Shown in pieces: positions 55,026-64,000 of a stretch of 64,000 nt of DNA (position 1 is the stretch's first letter; every line of letters begins with the position of its first letter). A program made the translations under genes and the position numbers. Source of the DNA: Escherichia phage HK6. Where the stretch lies: the sequence record PP724615.1; one strand, given 5' to 3'. The notes under the pieces are model-generated. The model was not told the origin of the DNA. It was given only the letters and a program-made list of their open reading frames with translations, and ran no database searches.

Positions 55026-55511
55026 TTATCTGCGAAGTGACCTACGTGGAGGCTGATACCTCACTGTTACATTTATTTCTGCTAAACCATATGGGGCCAG
55101 TAGACCCTCATCTGTACTAACTGATGTAATGATCATATCAGTTGCCTCACATGGGAAGGTCGATCCATTAGGTTTACTAACAGTATATTCTAAATTTCCA
55201 CCTGTGTCAATAACGGTTTTTATATCCGCTACGAGTTTTTCAAGTTGCTCTTGAATGTCTGTTTTCTCTTTATCGTACACCAGGATTGGAAGTTCTAAAA
55301 ACATCCACTGTTGGCCTGAAGGAAGATACTGCCCAGTTTCAGTTCCGATATGAACTGCCACATAAGGAAACTCTCGTATTTCCTCAAATTTATAAGTTTG
55401 ACGAGAAACGTTTCCGTATAGATTATTAAAATATTCGTCAGGTTGAGAACCATCCATTTGTTTAGAGATTCGGTCAACCATAGCTTGTGCAATACTTGTT
55501 CTATGATCCAT
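55026..55511 (-). CDS. tail completion protein (putative)
   Basis: 161-aa ORF between head and tail tube genes. Confidence 0.35.
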   Translation of the reverse strand: MDHRTSIAQAMVDRISKQMDGSQPDEYFNNLYGNVSRQTYKFEEIREFPYVAVHIGTETGQYLPSGQQWMFLELPILVYDKEKTDIQEQLEKLVADIKTVIDTGGNLEYTVSKPNGSTFPCEATDMIITSVSTDEGLLAPYGLAEINVTVRYQPPRRSLRR

Positions 55512-55514
55512 TTA

Positions 55515-56282
55515 TTAGGTTCCTTGATTAACCTTAATTTTATATCTGGAGTGAATCAGGTCTCTTGCAGCTTTTGCTATAGCCTCACCAATAAGTTTTT
55601 GTGGGTTTCTAGCGCCAGGATAAGGTCGTAGAGATAATCTTCTGTATGTAGATACTGCCGGATTGAACACAGAATATGGACGAGTCATATAATTATATGT
55701 TACGTTCAATTCAGGAGAGCCTTTACTAGCTTCAGAATCACGAAGCATAACATCTTTAATTTTTAAAGAGTTTGCAAAGCGACCCGTTCTAAACTTTAAG
55801 GGTGCTCCCGCTTTTTTCATATCCTTTATTAAGTATTCTTTAGCAACTATCTCTAATATAATCTTCATATTGCTGTTAGACACAAAACGTCCAGAAGCAC
55901 CTGTTACTGCACCAGAGTATCCATCCTCAACATCACTAGGATCACCAAAGTTTACCTGCACTCTACCAGTAGAACGTTTTTTACCTACTGAGGATTTTTT
56001 ACCAGCAGTTGCTTGTATTAGATTCTCCAGAGCACCTAAATCTCCAGAAAGATCTAAACTAGAGGATACAGCTTTTAGTATAGAGGCTGTTCTAACATCA
56101 AGAAGATCTTGGGATACAGGTTTTGAAAACTTAAAAGATACTTGAGCAACAGTACCATCTCTGGTAGGATCTTTTAACCCTGTTTCAACAGAGTATACAA
56201 CAGTATTCTTATTATTTTCAGATCGGCCTGCAGTATCTAGCTGCTCTTTAATAATTTGTTTAGCTAGATCGGAAAGAGACAT
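55515..56282 (-). CDS. tail terminator / neck protein (putative)
   Basis: 255-aa ORF, position in head-tail joining block. Confidence 0.35.
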   Translation of the reverse strand: MSLSDLAKQIIKEQLDTAGRSENNKNTVVYSVETGLKDPTRDGTVAQVSFKFSKPVSQDLLDVRTASILKAVSSSLDLSGDLGALENLIQATAGKKSSVGKKRSTGRVQVNFGDPSDVEDGYSGAVTGASGRFVSNSNMKIILEIVAKEYLIKDMKKAGAPLKFRTGRFANSLKIKDVMLRDSEASKGSPELNVTYNYMTRPYSVFNPAVSTYRRLSLRPYPGARNPQKLIGEAIAKAARDLIHSRYKIKVNQGT

Positions 56283-56794
56283 TATACTCTCCTATATACT
56301 TCAATAATAGTACGAATATGCTCTGGAATACCAGACTTAGTGCTATTGAAGGTTACTGTTTCACCACCAATTGTTTTAGCTTGGCGATAATCTTGTTTGT
56401 GCCAATGATCTACTAGCATACATGCTGCAAGTTTGAGATCTTCAGGTATTGGATTGAATCCACCTTGTGTATATGCTACGTCCATATAACCTTCTGGAGG
56501 ATTAAATTTGAGAAGGATAATACCGTCAGAGTATAGCTTATACTGCTCTGGGTCAATCTCATTATCGTTAATCGTCACTTTAGTTACGGAGGTAGCAGAT
56601 GGTGAGCTCAGAAAATATTTCCTACGTGTAGGTTTTGTATTGATTAACTGGTCTACCGCATCAGCATCATCCATGCCTAGAAGGCTCGTGATCAGCGCAT
56701 TGGCAGCAGTAATCATCATTTCTACACCAGATTCTAATTCAGGTCGTTTTAAACCACCATATAATCTATAATCTTCGGCTGTGATGATTTGCAT
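56282..56794 (-). CDS. head completion / adaptor protein (putative)
   Basis: 170-aa ORF right after capsid gene terminator. Confidence 0.35.
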   Translation of the reverse strand: MQIITAEDYRLYGGLKRPELESGVEMMITAANALITSLLGMDDADAVDQLINTKPTRRKYFLSSPSATSVTKVTINDNEIDPEQYKLYSDGIILLKFNPPEGYMDVAYTQGGFNPIPEDLKLAACMLVDHWHKQDYRQAKTIGGETVTFNSTKSGIPEHIRTIIEVYRRV

Positions 56795-56813
56795 TTATTT
56801 TTCCCAATAAAAA

Positions 56814-56833
56814 AGGAGAGCCGAAGCTCTCCT
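56814..56833 (-). terminator. hairpin terminator after major capsid gene
   Basis: AGGAGAGC-TTCG-GCTCTCCT followed on minus strand by TTTTTTATTGGGAAAAATAA then ATG. Confidence 0.6.
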
Positions 56834-56853
56834 TATCGGCTGAAAAGCCTGTA

Positions 56854-58230
56854 TTAAGATGCAGCGTAAGCACCAGATACAACGCCATTATTAAAGTAAC
56901 GTTGCAGGTTAACACGCTGAGTAACGTAGTACGCATCACGCTGTTTACCAGCTTGGCGCTCACGTTCAACAGTAACAGCACGCTGACGCGGCATTACGAA
57001 GTTATCTTTATAAACAATAACTGCGAACTCTGCAGAGTTAGCTTTAGCCGGGAAGAACTCAGAAACTACAACCGGCAAACCGTAAATACGACCAACCTGA
57101 CCTTGCAGTTTAACAGCATCATTACCAACCTGGGCAACATCCTGCCATTCTTCATCTTCCAGCAAATCGTAATAAGCATCCATAGATACGATCAGTACCA
57201 GTTTGCTCAGTTTCAGACCATGACGGCCCAGTTTACGACGCAGTTTAGAGATAGTTTTAGCAGTTACCAGAACAGAACCATCAGCTTTAGCTTCAGTAAT
57301 AACTTTAGCACTATCGCCTTCAGCCAGTTTCAGCAGACCCTTAGGCTTACCAGTACCGTCACCCGTCATAAACGCTTCTTCGATAGAAACAGCGTGTGCT
57401 TCAATCAGACGCTTACGCAGCAGAGGTAGCAGGGAGAAGATTGCATCTTCTTCAGTTTCATCAGTAATGAAGGACTTAGCAGCCAGTTTATAGGTTTTGA
57501 ACTGAATTTCAGTCAGAGCACCTTTAACTTCGTCACCAGTAGTAGTGTCAGTACCATATGCACTAGCATCTACCCAAGTAGCTTTACCAGCATCTGGTTC
57601 AACCAACATAGTAAGAATTTTGCTAGACATTGGCAGTTCTTCAAACAGAGCACCAACTACTAGTTCTTTCTGCAGGTCACGAATAATACGCTGGGAGAAA
57701 ATAGTTTCATAGCTTTCACTAGAAACTTCTACTGAAGAGGACTGGTTTACAGCTTTCAGGTGTCTCTGGCCATGTTCGGTATCAAATACACCTTTTTCCA
57801 TCACATAAGACAGAAGAACCAGTTTTTCAACTTCATCTTCAAAGTTTTCCTGAGTACCGTACAGTGCTTTAGCTACGCTATCACCAACGAAGGAACGACC
57901 TTCACGAGCTGCTAGCAGAGATTTAATTTCATCCTGGAGACCAACAATAGTTTCCTGCTGTTTTTCTACAGTCTGTGCAAACAGTTCTGCGCTCTTTTTA
58001 GATTTTTCATCCAGGGACTTAACCAGTTCCAGAGCTTGTTCCAGTTTCTGACGATCTTCGCCAACTGCTTTAGAAACCAGATCATTCATACGAGCCAGTT
58101 CTTTTTCTTCCTGCTCTTTACGCATACGTTCAGCTTCAGCAGCTTTCTGAGCAGCGGTCAGACCTTCCAGAGATTTAGCCAGATCACCCAGACCAAGTTC
58201 TTCTTTCAGCTTATTAATATCAATAGTCAT
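56854..58230 (-). CDS. major capsid protein (HK97-like, with N-terminal coiled-coil delta/scaffold region)
   Basis: 458 aa; Glu/Lys-rich coiled coil in first ~150 aa; directly downstream of prohead protease. Confidence 0.75.
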   Translation of the reverse strand: MTIDINKLKEELGLGDLAKSLEGLTAAQKAAEAERMRKEQEEKELARMNDLVSKAVGEDRQKLEQALELVKSLDEKSKKSAELFAQTVEKQQETIVGLQDEIKSLLAAREGRSFVGDSVAKALYGTQENFEDEVEKLVLLSYVMEKGVFDTEHGQRHLKAVNQSSSVEVSSESYETIFSQRIIRDLQKELVVGALFEELPMSSKILTMLVEPDAGKATWVDASAYGTDTTTGDEVKGALTEIQFKTYKLAAKSFITDETEEDAIFSLLPLLRKRLIEAHAVSIEEAFMTGDGTGKPKGLLKLAEGDSAKVITEAKADGSVLVTAKTISKLRRKLGRHGLKLSKLVLIVSMDAYYDLLEDEEWQDVAQVGNDAVKLQGQVGRIYGLPVVVSEFFPAKANSAEFAVIVYKDNFVMPRQRAVTVERERQAGKQRDAYYVTQRVNLQRYFNNGVVSGAYAAS

Positions 58231-58247
58231 TTTTAAATAATTCTCCG

Positions 58248-58880
58248 TTATTCTTTAACGTAGCCTAAAGCTATCGCAAGTTTTTCTAGTTCAGAAAGAT
58301 TACGTTCTTGAGCTGGGACAGCTTTAGAACTTATTGCAGTAAAAGATTTACGCCATTCAGTATAATCATGACCATTCATGCTCTTAGCGAGATTGAATGT
58401 CGAGTCCTGATTACAAGGTACAGAAACTACCGAAACTTCGTATAGTTCTAAATCTTTAATAATAAATATATCAGTAGCTTCATCCCACTCTGCATCTAGG
58501 CAGCGGAATCCGATACTAAAAGTTTTCAGTACACCGTTTTTAATTAGTGAAAAGATAGCTGGATCAGAACTTTCATAGATCTCGCATTCGATTTCGAGAC
58601 CCATTTCAGTAGGGTTAAGATCAATACACTTGCCTATTGGACGACGATGGTCATGTCCGAAAAGAATAATCGGGTTTTTCATGTAGTTGGCAAGTGCATT
58701 AGATGTTTTCCATGCGGAGGCAGGAATTACATCCCCAGCGCGATCCTTACTAATTGTATTAGCGAATCCACGGATTTTTACAACACCCTCTCTGGATTCA
58801 CTATCAATAGATTTAATATAAGCATCTAAATGAACCGGTGCTGATTTTAACTTGTTATAGTCAATAGCAGCTTGTGTCAT
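58248..58880 (-). CDS. prohead maturation protease
   Basis: 210 aa between decoration/portal and capsid genes; LFGHDH-containing core. Confidence 0.6.
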   Translation of the reverse strand: MTQAAIDYNKLKSAPVHLDAYIKSIDSESREGVVKIRGFANTISKDRAGDVIPASAWKTSNALANYMKNPIILFGHDHRRPIGKCIDLNPTEMGLEIECEIYESSDPAIFSLIKNGVLKTFSIGFRCLDAEWDEATDIFIIKDLELYEVSVVSVPCNQDSTFNLAKSMNGHDYTEWRKSFTAISSKAVPAQERNLSELEKLAIALGYVKE

Positions 58881-58883
58881 TTA

Positions 58884-59372
58884 TTAGCCTCCAACACCAG
58901 GTGCAGTTGGGGTAGCTTTTACTGCCGCAGACTTAGGAGATTCTCCCGCCCCATTAACAGCTACTGCCTGGAAAGTATACTCTTTTGCTTCTAAGGTAGA
59001 AATAGTACCTGTTTTAGAAGACCCAGAATTATAGGTTTTTGGAGTAGTTCCATCAGTATAGTATACTTTATACTGGGTGATTGGTGAGCCGGTATTAGTA
59101 CCATCAGTAATTGTATAAGTTACTGAATTTTCACCTGGAGTTACCTGCAACGTAGGGGCTCCAGGGACAACGTCTACTGGACCAGCCTTACCATAAGCCT
59201 CTACAAATTTCTTCCATACTTTGCGGTTAGTATGCGCAGATGAAAGTCCTAGTTCTCTACGCAGAAAAGCATAGCTAGGAACATATTTATGCGCGGCAAC
59301 CGTAGCAAAGAAGATATGAGATTCTGGCAGTTTTTCACCAAAAATGGTCTTTAGACCACTATAATCAATCAT
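58884..59372 (-). CDS. capsid decoration protein with Ig/FN3-like domain
   Basis: 162 aa; C-terminal beta-rich segment TYTITDGTNTGSPITQYKVYYTDG...YTFQAVAVNGAGES. Confidence 0.5.
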   Translation of the reverse strand: MIDYSGLKTIFGEKLPESHIFFATVAAHKYVPSYAFLRRELGLSSAHTNRKVWKKFVEAYGKAGPVDVVPGAPTLQVTPGENSVTYTITDGTNTGSPITQYKVYYTDGTTPKTYNSGSSKTGTISTLEAKEYTFQAVAVNGAGESPKSAAVKATPTAPGVGG

Positions 59373-60586
59373 TCTTTATCTCCCTCGGTGGAACCTTGAG
59401 GTCTACCACCTTCTTGACCGGATACACCTGTTGCAGAACCAGCAACGTTGGCAGGAATACGAATCTTATTCATCTGCTCATCATCTAAAGGTTCAAGGTT
59501 TAGCTCTACACGAGCTTCGTTACCAGTCATAATACCATTATTAACCAATGAGGTTAAATGTTTAGCCTCAGCTTCTTTATCTGGTGTTAATGCAGCTACT
59601 TCCTTAGTATTAGGAGTAATCTTATAACCAAAAAAGAAAGTAAGAGAACTAGTCAGTTTGTTCAGCATAGGGATGATAGTCATGTAATAGAACAGTTCGA
59701 TATTTGGTCGAATGTTCGCATTATTACCACCATCAAGTAGCACCTGCGGAACACCAAAGGCTAGACAGATAGATTTATTAAATCCTTCTATGTCTTCCTT
59801 AAAGTCTAGATCTTTAAAAGAGGATATTTGGGAGTACGGTTTAGCTTTCATACCACCATCTAGAATCAGGACAGAGGACTGACCAGTACTAGGATTATAA
59901 TCTAGTTGTAATTCTTCTTGTTTACGCTCACGCAATTTCTTGTTCAGGATTTCATCCGTCTCAAGAATAAGACCAATCACGGTTCCGTTATCTAGGAACT
60001 TCTCTTTAAAGTTAAGCATCTTAGAACGCTTCTCAAGAGAATCAATAACAGTAGCAACACGAGATTGTCCAGAAATTTGAGAATTTGTGCCACACACGTA
60101 ACTGTTATCCTTTATAAAGATAATCTCATCTACGCGATAGTCTATCTGATTATTAAATATAAATTTTTTGATAAACTTATTGGCATCTGCCTCTACTTGC
60201 ATTAGTGCAGCAGGGACATGGTAAAGTGCTGTGCCATCCCAATAGATGTATGCACAACCTTCAAAAAGTAGGTCAGTGACTACAAGTCTACGGAATGTGC
60301 TTATATCCATGAATGGATTAGGTCGTACATTTAAGAGAGTGTCTAGAGTCTTTGTCTTGATGCCATTGGCATACGTGACAATATTATATTTATCTCCGAC
60401 AGTATAAGAACACTCCGCCGCACTATCTATAACCATATTAGCAGTTCTATTGAGAATCTCAATTTTACTGTAGGCTTGTCCAGTGGTAAAAGGCTTACGG
60501 TTAGTGCGATGACTAACTGGTTCCATGTCTCTTATAATACGTTGACCCGGATTTAGCTTTTCAGTAATCCAGCTTTTAAAACCCAT
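59369..60586 (-). CDS. portal protein
   Basis: 405-aa ORF between terminase/HNH and protease. Confidence 0.65.
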   Translation of the reverse strand: MGFKSWITEKLNPGQRIIRDMEPVSHRTNRKPFTTGQAYSKIEILNRTANMVIDSAAECSYTVGDKYNIVTYANGIKTKTLDTLLNVRPNPFMDISTFRRLVVTDLLFEGCAYIYWDGTALYHVPAALMQVEADANKFIKKFIFNNQIDYRVDEIIFIKDNSYVCGTNSQISGQSRVATVIDSLEKRSKMLNFKEKFLDNGTVIGLILETDEILNKKLRERKQEELQLDYNPSTGQSSVLILDGGMKAKPYSQISSFKDLDFKEDIEGFNKSICLAFGVPQVLLDGGNNANIRPNIELFYYMTIIPMLNKLTSSLTFFFGYKITPNTKEVAALTPDKEAEAKHLTSLVNNGIMTGNEARVELNLEPLDDEQMNKIRIPANVAGSATGVSGQEGGRPQGSTEGDKE

Positions 60587-61110
60587 TATAAGAACCTTGC
60601 GAATCCTGATTTTGTTTCAGTCTTGACTTGTGTCTTTTCTTGAGGATTCTGTAATTTGTCTTTCTGCTTTTGAACCCACACTTTTTGCTTATTAGCAGAA
60701 AATAAAGGAGGTTCTTTTGTGTAAACCTTATGTAATAATTGGTGATGGTGTACACAAAGGGTAACAGTGTCTTCTACTAGCTCATGCCTATATCGATCAT
60801 AGAATGCCGTCCTATTTGAAAGGACTATTTCTTCGTCAGTGAAATCCAATTGGAGTTCTTTAGCAAATTTTTTAACTAGTAGAGACACCGTATGGTAATG
60901 ATGAAGCTCTAATTCTTCAGCACAACCGCAGATAGCACATTGAGAGTCTTTTTTATATTGACTTTTTATTCCGTCTCTCATAAGGGATATAGCATCGCGT
61001 TTATATTTTACATTGCTTGCCATAGTGTTCTCCTCAACTGTATGAATATAGTATACATAATCGTATCGAATTTGTAAAGGGGATTTTAAAATGCAGGAAT
61101 GGGATACCAA
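60586..61110 (-). CDS. HNH endonuclease (packaging-associated)
   Basis: CAICGC...HHYH and CVHHHQLLH zinc/HNH motifs; between terminase large subunit and portal. Confidence 0.6.
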   Translation of the reverse strand: MVSHSCILKSPLQIRYDYVYYIHTVEENTMASNVKYKRDAISLMRDGIKSQYKKDSQCAICGCAEELELHHYHTVSLLVKKFAKELQLDFTDEEIVLSNRTAFYDRYRHELVEDTVTLCVHHHQLLHKVYTKEPPLFSANKQKVWVQKQKDKLQNPQEKTQVKTETKSGFARFL

Positions 61111-61137
61111 CTGAGTAGTATCCCATCCTATACTTAT

Positions 61138-62454
61138 TTATTTACCACGGGAAATAGAGTAAATTCCGTAGCGCAGCGCATCACAAAGGTGAGAGTTAGC
61201 ATCATGACGTGGTTTTTCACGTGATAATTTCTCTTCGCCTTCTTGGAAATCCCACTTATAGTTCTGCAATGCATGGATTAATGAGGAACATGAAGCATCT
61301 ACAATAATCTTATCCTGCTGGAATAGTGCTTGCAAGCATGCTAGACCGTCTAGGACAGACTTTTTAGCTGGAGCTGATGCAATTTCATGTTCATAAGCTA
61401 AGTCCTGACGGAACTGGGCAGCCGCGGAGTCAACGAAGATACGATCTACGTTATAACGATCTATACAGTGCTGAATATACGCAGCATGTTGGGCTGTGGT
61501 TTTCTCCGCCTGCTGGTATTCTTCTAGTACATAGTAAGTATCCGTATCGTAATGATATTTAATAGTAAGAACTGCTGTAGGATCACGATAACCAACGTCA
61601 ATACCGAGCAACGTTTCGAAGGCTTCATCATCTTTAAAGAAGTGACGCATACCTTTGAGGTCTTTAACATGATCTATAGCATTAAAGGTATCAAAGATCT
61701 GACCTTCGAATACAGAGAAGTCAGCCTCGTATTCTTGGCGGAAGTAGTTTTTACTAACAGTACGACGTGCTTCCTCGATATCATTCAGGTCAGCACGTGG
61801 ATTATCACGATATGTACCATGAATAGATACCCAGTTAGGCAACGTATCATCAAACCCATAGGCATAAAACTCTTTAAACCAGTTACCGCCACGAGGAGTA
61901 GAGATAAACAGAGCCTTAGAATTAGGTTTATCTAGGGTAGGACGCAACTGAACCCTGAAGGCATCACCACCTACATCGGAAATTGCCGCCTCATCAAAGA
62001 TGATAAAGTCATATGAACGTCCAACTGCGGAGTCAGCCTGAGCTGCAGAAGCTAGTTTAAACAGTGAGCCGTTTGCCAGCTCAATTTCTTTATCTTTAGC
62101 ATTCTCACGTTCAGTTTGTAGGCCGTACTTTTTAATAAGACCACGAATCTGAGACCACCCGATGTTGGCCAGTGAGTAGTTAGGGGCAACTACTAATACC
62201 TTCACATTAGGTTCCAGCAATTTTAGGAACCCAAGGGTATACGCGATGAAGGATTTACCTACACGGCGTGATACACACGCCGTTACAAAACGATGTCTAG
62301 GATCCTCTAAAGCATTGATAATCGCTATTTGAGGACCATTAGGTGTAATGCCTTCTTGCGCTAATATTCCAGAAACAGGTAGACGAAAGAAACGTTTATC
62401 TATTCCGAAATCAATAACATCTACTGTGTTAACGTAGGGTCTTGATACTTCCAT
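61138..62454 (-). CDS. terminase large subunit
   Basis: 438 aa; Walker A-like CVSRRVGKS, Walker B FIIFDEAA, C-terminal RNase H-like nuclease acidic residues. Confidence 0.85.
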   Translation of the reverse strand: MEVSRPYVNTVDVIDFGIDKRFFRLPVSGILAQEGITPNGPQIAIINALEDPRHRFVTACVSRRVGKSFIAYTLGFLKLLEPNVKVLVVAPNYSLANIGWSQIRGLIKKYGLQTERENAKDKEIELANGSLFKLASAAQADSAVGRSYDFIIFDEAAISDVGGDAFRVQLRPTLDKPNSKALFISTPRGGNWFKEFYAYGFDDTLPNWVSIHGTYRDNPRADLNDIEEARRTVSKNYFRQEYEADFSVFEGQIFDTFNAIDHVKDLKGMRHFFKDDEAFETLLGIDVGYRDPTAVLTIKYHYDTDTYYVLEEYQQAEKTTAQHAAYIQHCIDRYNVDRIFVDSAAAQFRQDLAYEHEIASAPAKKSVLDGLACLQALFQQDKIIVDASCSSLIHALQNYKWDFQEGEEKLSREKPRHDANSHLCDALRYGIYSISRGK

Positions 62455-62936
62455 TACTTTTTACCTCCAGTAGCTAGGGAAGTAATTAAGTCCATGTAGT
62501 TTTGATCCCCAGCTCCAGCAATAATGTTATTCTGGATATTGGTCTGATTAGCAGGAGCACGGACGGCAGCTTTAGCTTTTTCTAGCTCCACCATCATTTT
62601 CATTTCCTCCATTTTCATCTTATGTGCCTTCCAGAGAATATCCATAATATCTTGGTCAGAACCCATGCCAGTTTCTTCTAGTTCCTCCAGCTTACGTTTA
62701 ATAACTTCATCTAGAACACCGAACAAACGATCTCTGTTACGGAAACCACTCTCCATAAAAATATCATTTAAGTAATTCTTAACTTCACTACGATTCATAA
62801 TATCTCGAAAAGCAATTTCGGACATTCCAAGACTACGTGCGGCAGAAGGCACATCGCTGCCGCACTGTAAATAAGCTTCAATCACATCCATCCCTTCAGG
62901 GGACATAAGATCTGGTACTAATACATCATTTGCCAT
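62454..62936 (-). CDS. terminase small subunit (putative)
   Basis: 160 aa with N-terminal HTH-like region, immediately upstream of large subunit. Confidence 0.5.
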   Translation of the reverse strand: MANDVLVPDLMSPEGMDVIEAYLQCGSDVPSAARSLGMSEIAFRDIMNRSEVKNYLNDIFMESGFRNRDRLFGVLDEVIKRKLEELEETGMGSDQDIMDILWKAHKMKMEEMKMMVELEKAKAAVRAPANQTNIQNNIIAGAGDQNYMDLITSLATGGKK

Positions 62937-62946
62937 ATTTCCTCCT

Positions 62947-64000
62947 TTAGGTAAGGCGTTGAATTGTTATTTTTACATTAGGTAAGCAAGCTTTTAGCCC
63001 AGTTACATTACTAACAGAAGCATTTAACCATACGCTAACATTACCATTACCATCATTTTTTAAATAATAAGTTATAGTATAGTATCCAGTTTGTGCATTA
63101 CCACCATACAAGCTAGATACCCAGAAAGCTGTAGGAGTAAACATAGCACCACCACCACCAGTAGCATTAACCGCGGTTCCTTTGATAGTCATAAAAGGAA
63201 CATACTTTCCTGATGGTAACGATAAAATTTGGTGAAGTTTTTTACTAACTGCATTACTAGTAATTCTAAGACGACTATCGCCTGTGGTTGCTCCTCTATT
63301 GAGAATCTCGTTAGGATTAAAACATCCAATACCACCCGCGGATAACCAAGTATCATCTAAGAATTCCATAGTACATACAATAGCCCCGTCTCTAGCGCTC
63401 TGTATACCTAATCCCATAGTAGTTAAATGAACTGAACCCCCGCTATTAAATACAACATTCCCTGATAGTGTTGCAGATGCACTCCCAGATATTAAACGTA
63501 AAGGTATGTTACTCTCACTCCATACATCACCATATTTATTACCTATTTTTGGTGGAGTACTTTGTACATACCAGGAACTAGAAGGCATAAAACTATAAAT
63601 ACTAACAGTACTATTAGTTAACCCACTAATATTACCACCTTTGAATAGGGGAACATTACTTCCGTTAGTAACAGGTACTGCAAAGGTAGCTATACCGTTT
63701 ACTCCAGTAGAGGCAGAACCACTACTAACATTATTACCAATATTTCGTATATCGGCCCTACTGCCGGGGTTATACCCAGGTTGAACGAAATTTATAAATT
63801 TCCAAGAAGTGGTAGATAGATTAACTCCACGAATGGTAAAATCAGTAGGACTTATTTTTATATCAGACCCTTTAAATAGGTCAGTACCTACAGTAAAGCC
63901 ACTACCAGTATACCTTAGATTAGTAACGTACCATGTAACTTTTTTAGGTGTTACACCTAAACTTTCACTATATATCCCTATAGGACCACCAGGACCATTA
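62947..64000 (-). CDS. tail/receptor-binding-like protein, partial (5' end beyond window)
   Basis: Frame stays open from 62947 to the window edge (checked codon by codon 63589-64000); Gly/Ser/Thr/Asn-rich beta-type composition. Confidence 0.35.
   Translation of the reverse strand, partial: NGPGGPIGIYSESLGVTPKKVTWYVTNLRYTGSGFTVGTDLFKGSDIKISPTDFTIRGVNLSTTSWKFINFVQPGYNPGSRADIRNIGNNVSSGSASTGVNGIATFAVPVTNGSNVPLFKGGNISGLTNSTVSIYSFMPSSSWYVQSTPPKIGNKYGDVWSESNIPLRLISGSASATLSGNVVFNSGGSVHLTTMGLGIQSARDGAIVCTMEFLDDTWLSAGGIGCFNPNEILNRGATTGDSRLRITSNAVSKKLHQILSLPSGKYVPFMTIKGTAVNATGGGGAMFTPTAFWVSSLYGGNAQTGYYTITYYLKNDGNGNVSVWLNASVSNVTGLKACLPNVKITIQRLT

Noticed and set aside
1-64000. tRNA or rRNA genes
   Set aside because: Intergenic regions are short and occupied by promoters and terminators; I did not recognise any cloverleaf-capable ~75-nt segment with conserved T-loop (GTTCRANYC) context. 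A tRNA scan should still be run.

Overview
AT-rich 64-kb segment that reads as part of a T5-like (Demerecviridae-type) virulent siphophage genome, probably of an enterobacterial host. Calls are from reading the sequence and the ORF track; no searches were run, and comparisons to T5 protein sizes are from memory. Three modules are visible. (1) 1-10.8 kb, minus strand: early nucleotide-metabolism genes (DexA-like exonuclease, NADAR/YbiA protein, RNase H, thymidylate synthase, DHFR, class I RNR NrdA/NrdB, PhoH). (2) 11.1-38.8 kb, plus strand: class III RNR NrdD, an accessory cluster (Sir2-like, HAD-like, tandem paralog pair), then a replication module (origin-binding-type ATPase, NAD-ligase split into two ORFs, DnaB-like helicase, DnaG-like primase, 855-aa DNA polymerase, SF2 helicase, D5-like DNA-binding protein, HNH-AP2 endonuclease, SbcD/SbcC-like pair, resolvase-like nuclease, flap endonuclease, dUTPase). 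(3) 38.9-64 kb, minus strand: late structural and packaging module (repeat-rich tail fibre, baseplate proteins, tape measure, tail tube, capsid, protease, decoration protein, portal, HNH, terminase, and a partial gene running off the window end). Near-consensus sigma70 promoters (TTGCTT/A, 17 bp, TATAAT, AT-rich downstream box) recur at least 12 times, with matching hairpin terminators. No tRNA, rRNA or CRISPR array was recognised. Best candidates for something undescribed: an untracked 54-codon glycine-zipper peptide gene after the tail-fibre terminator (38920-39084), a ~500-nt structured non-coding leader with inverted repeats upstream of the origin-binding gene (16450-17021), and a set of NAD/ADP-ribose-related accessory genes (NADAR, zinc-ribbon-less Sir2, HAD, paralog pair).
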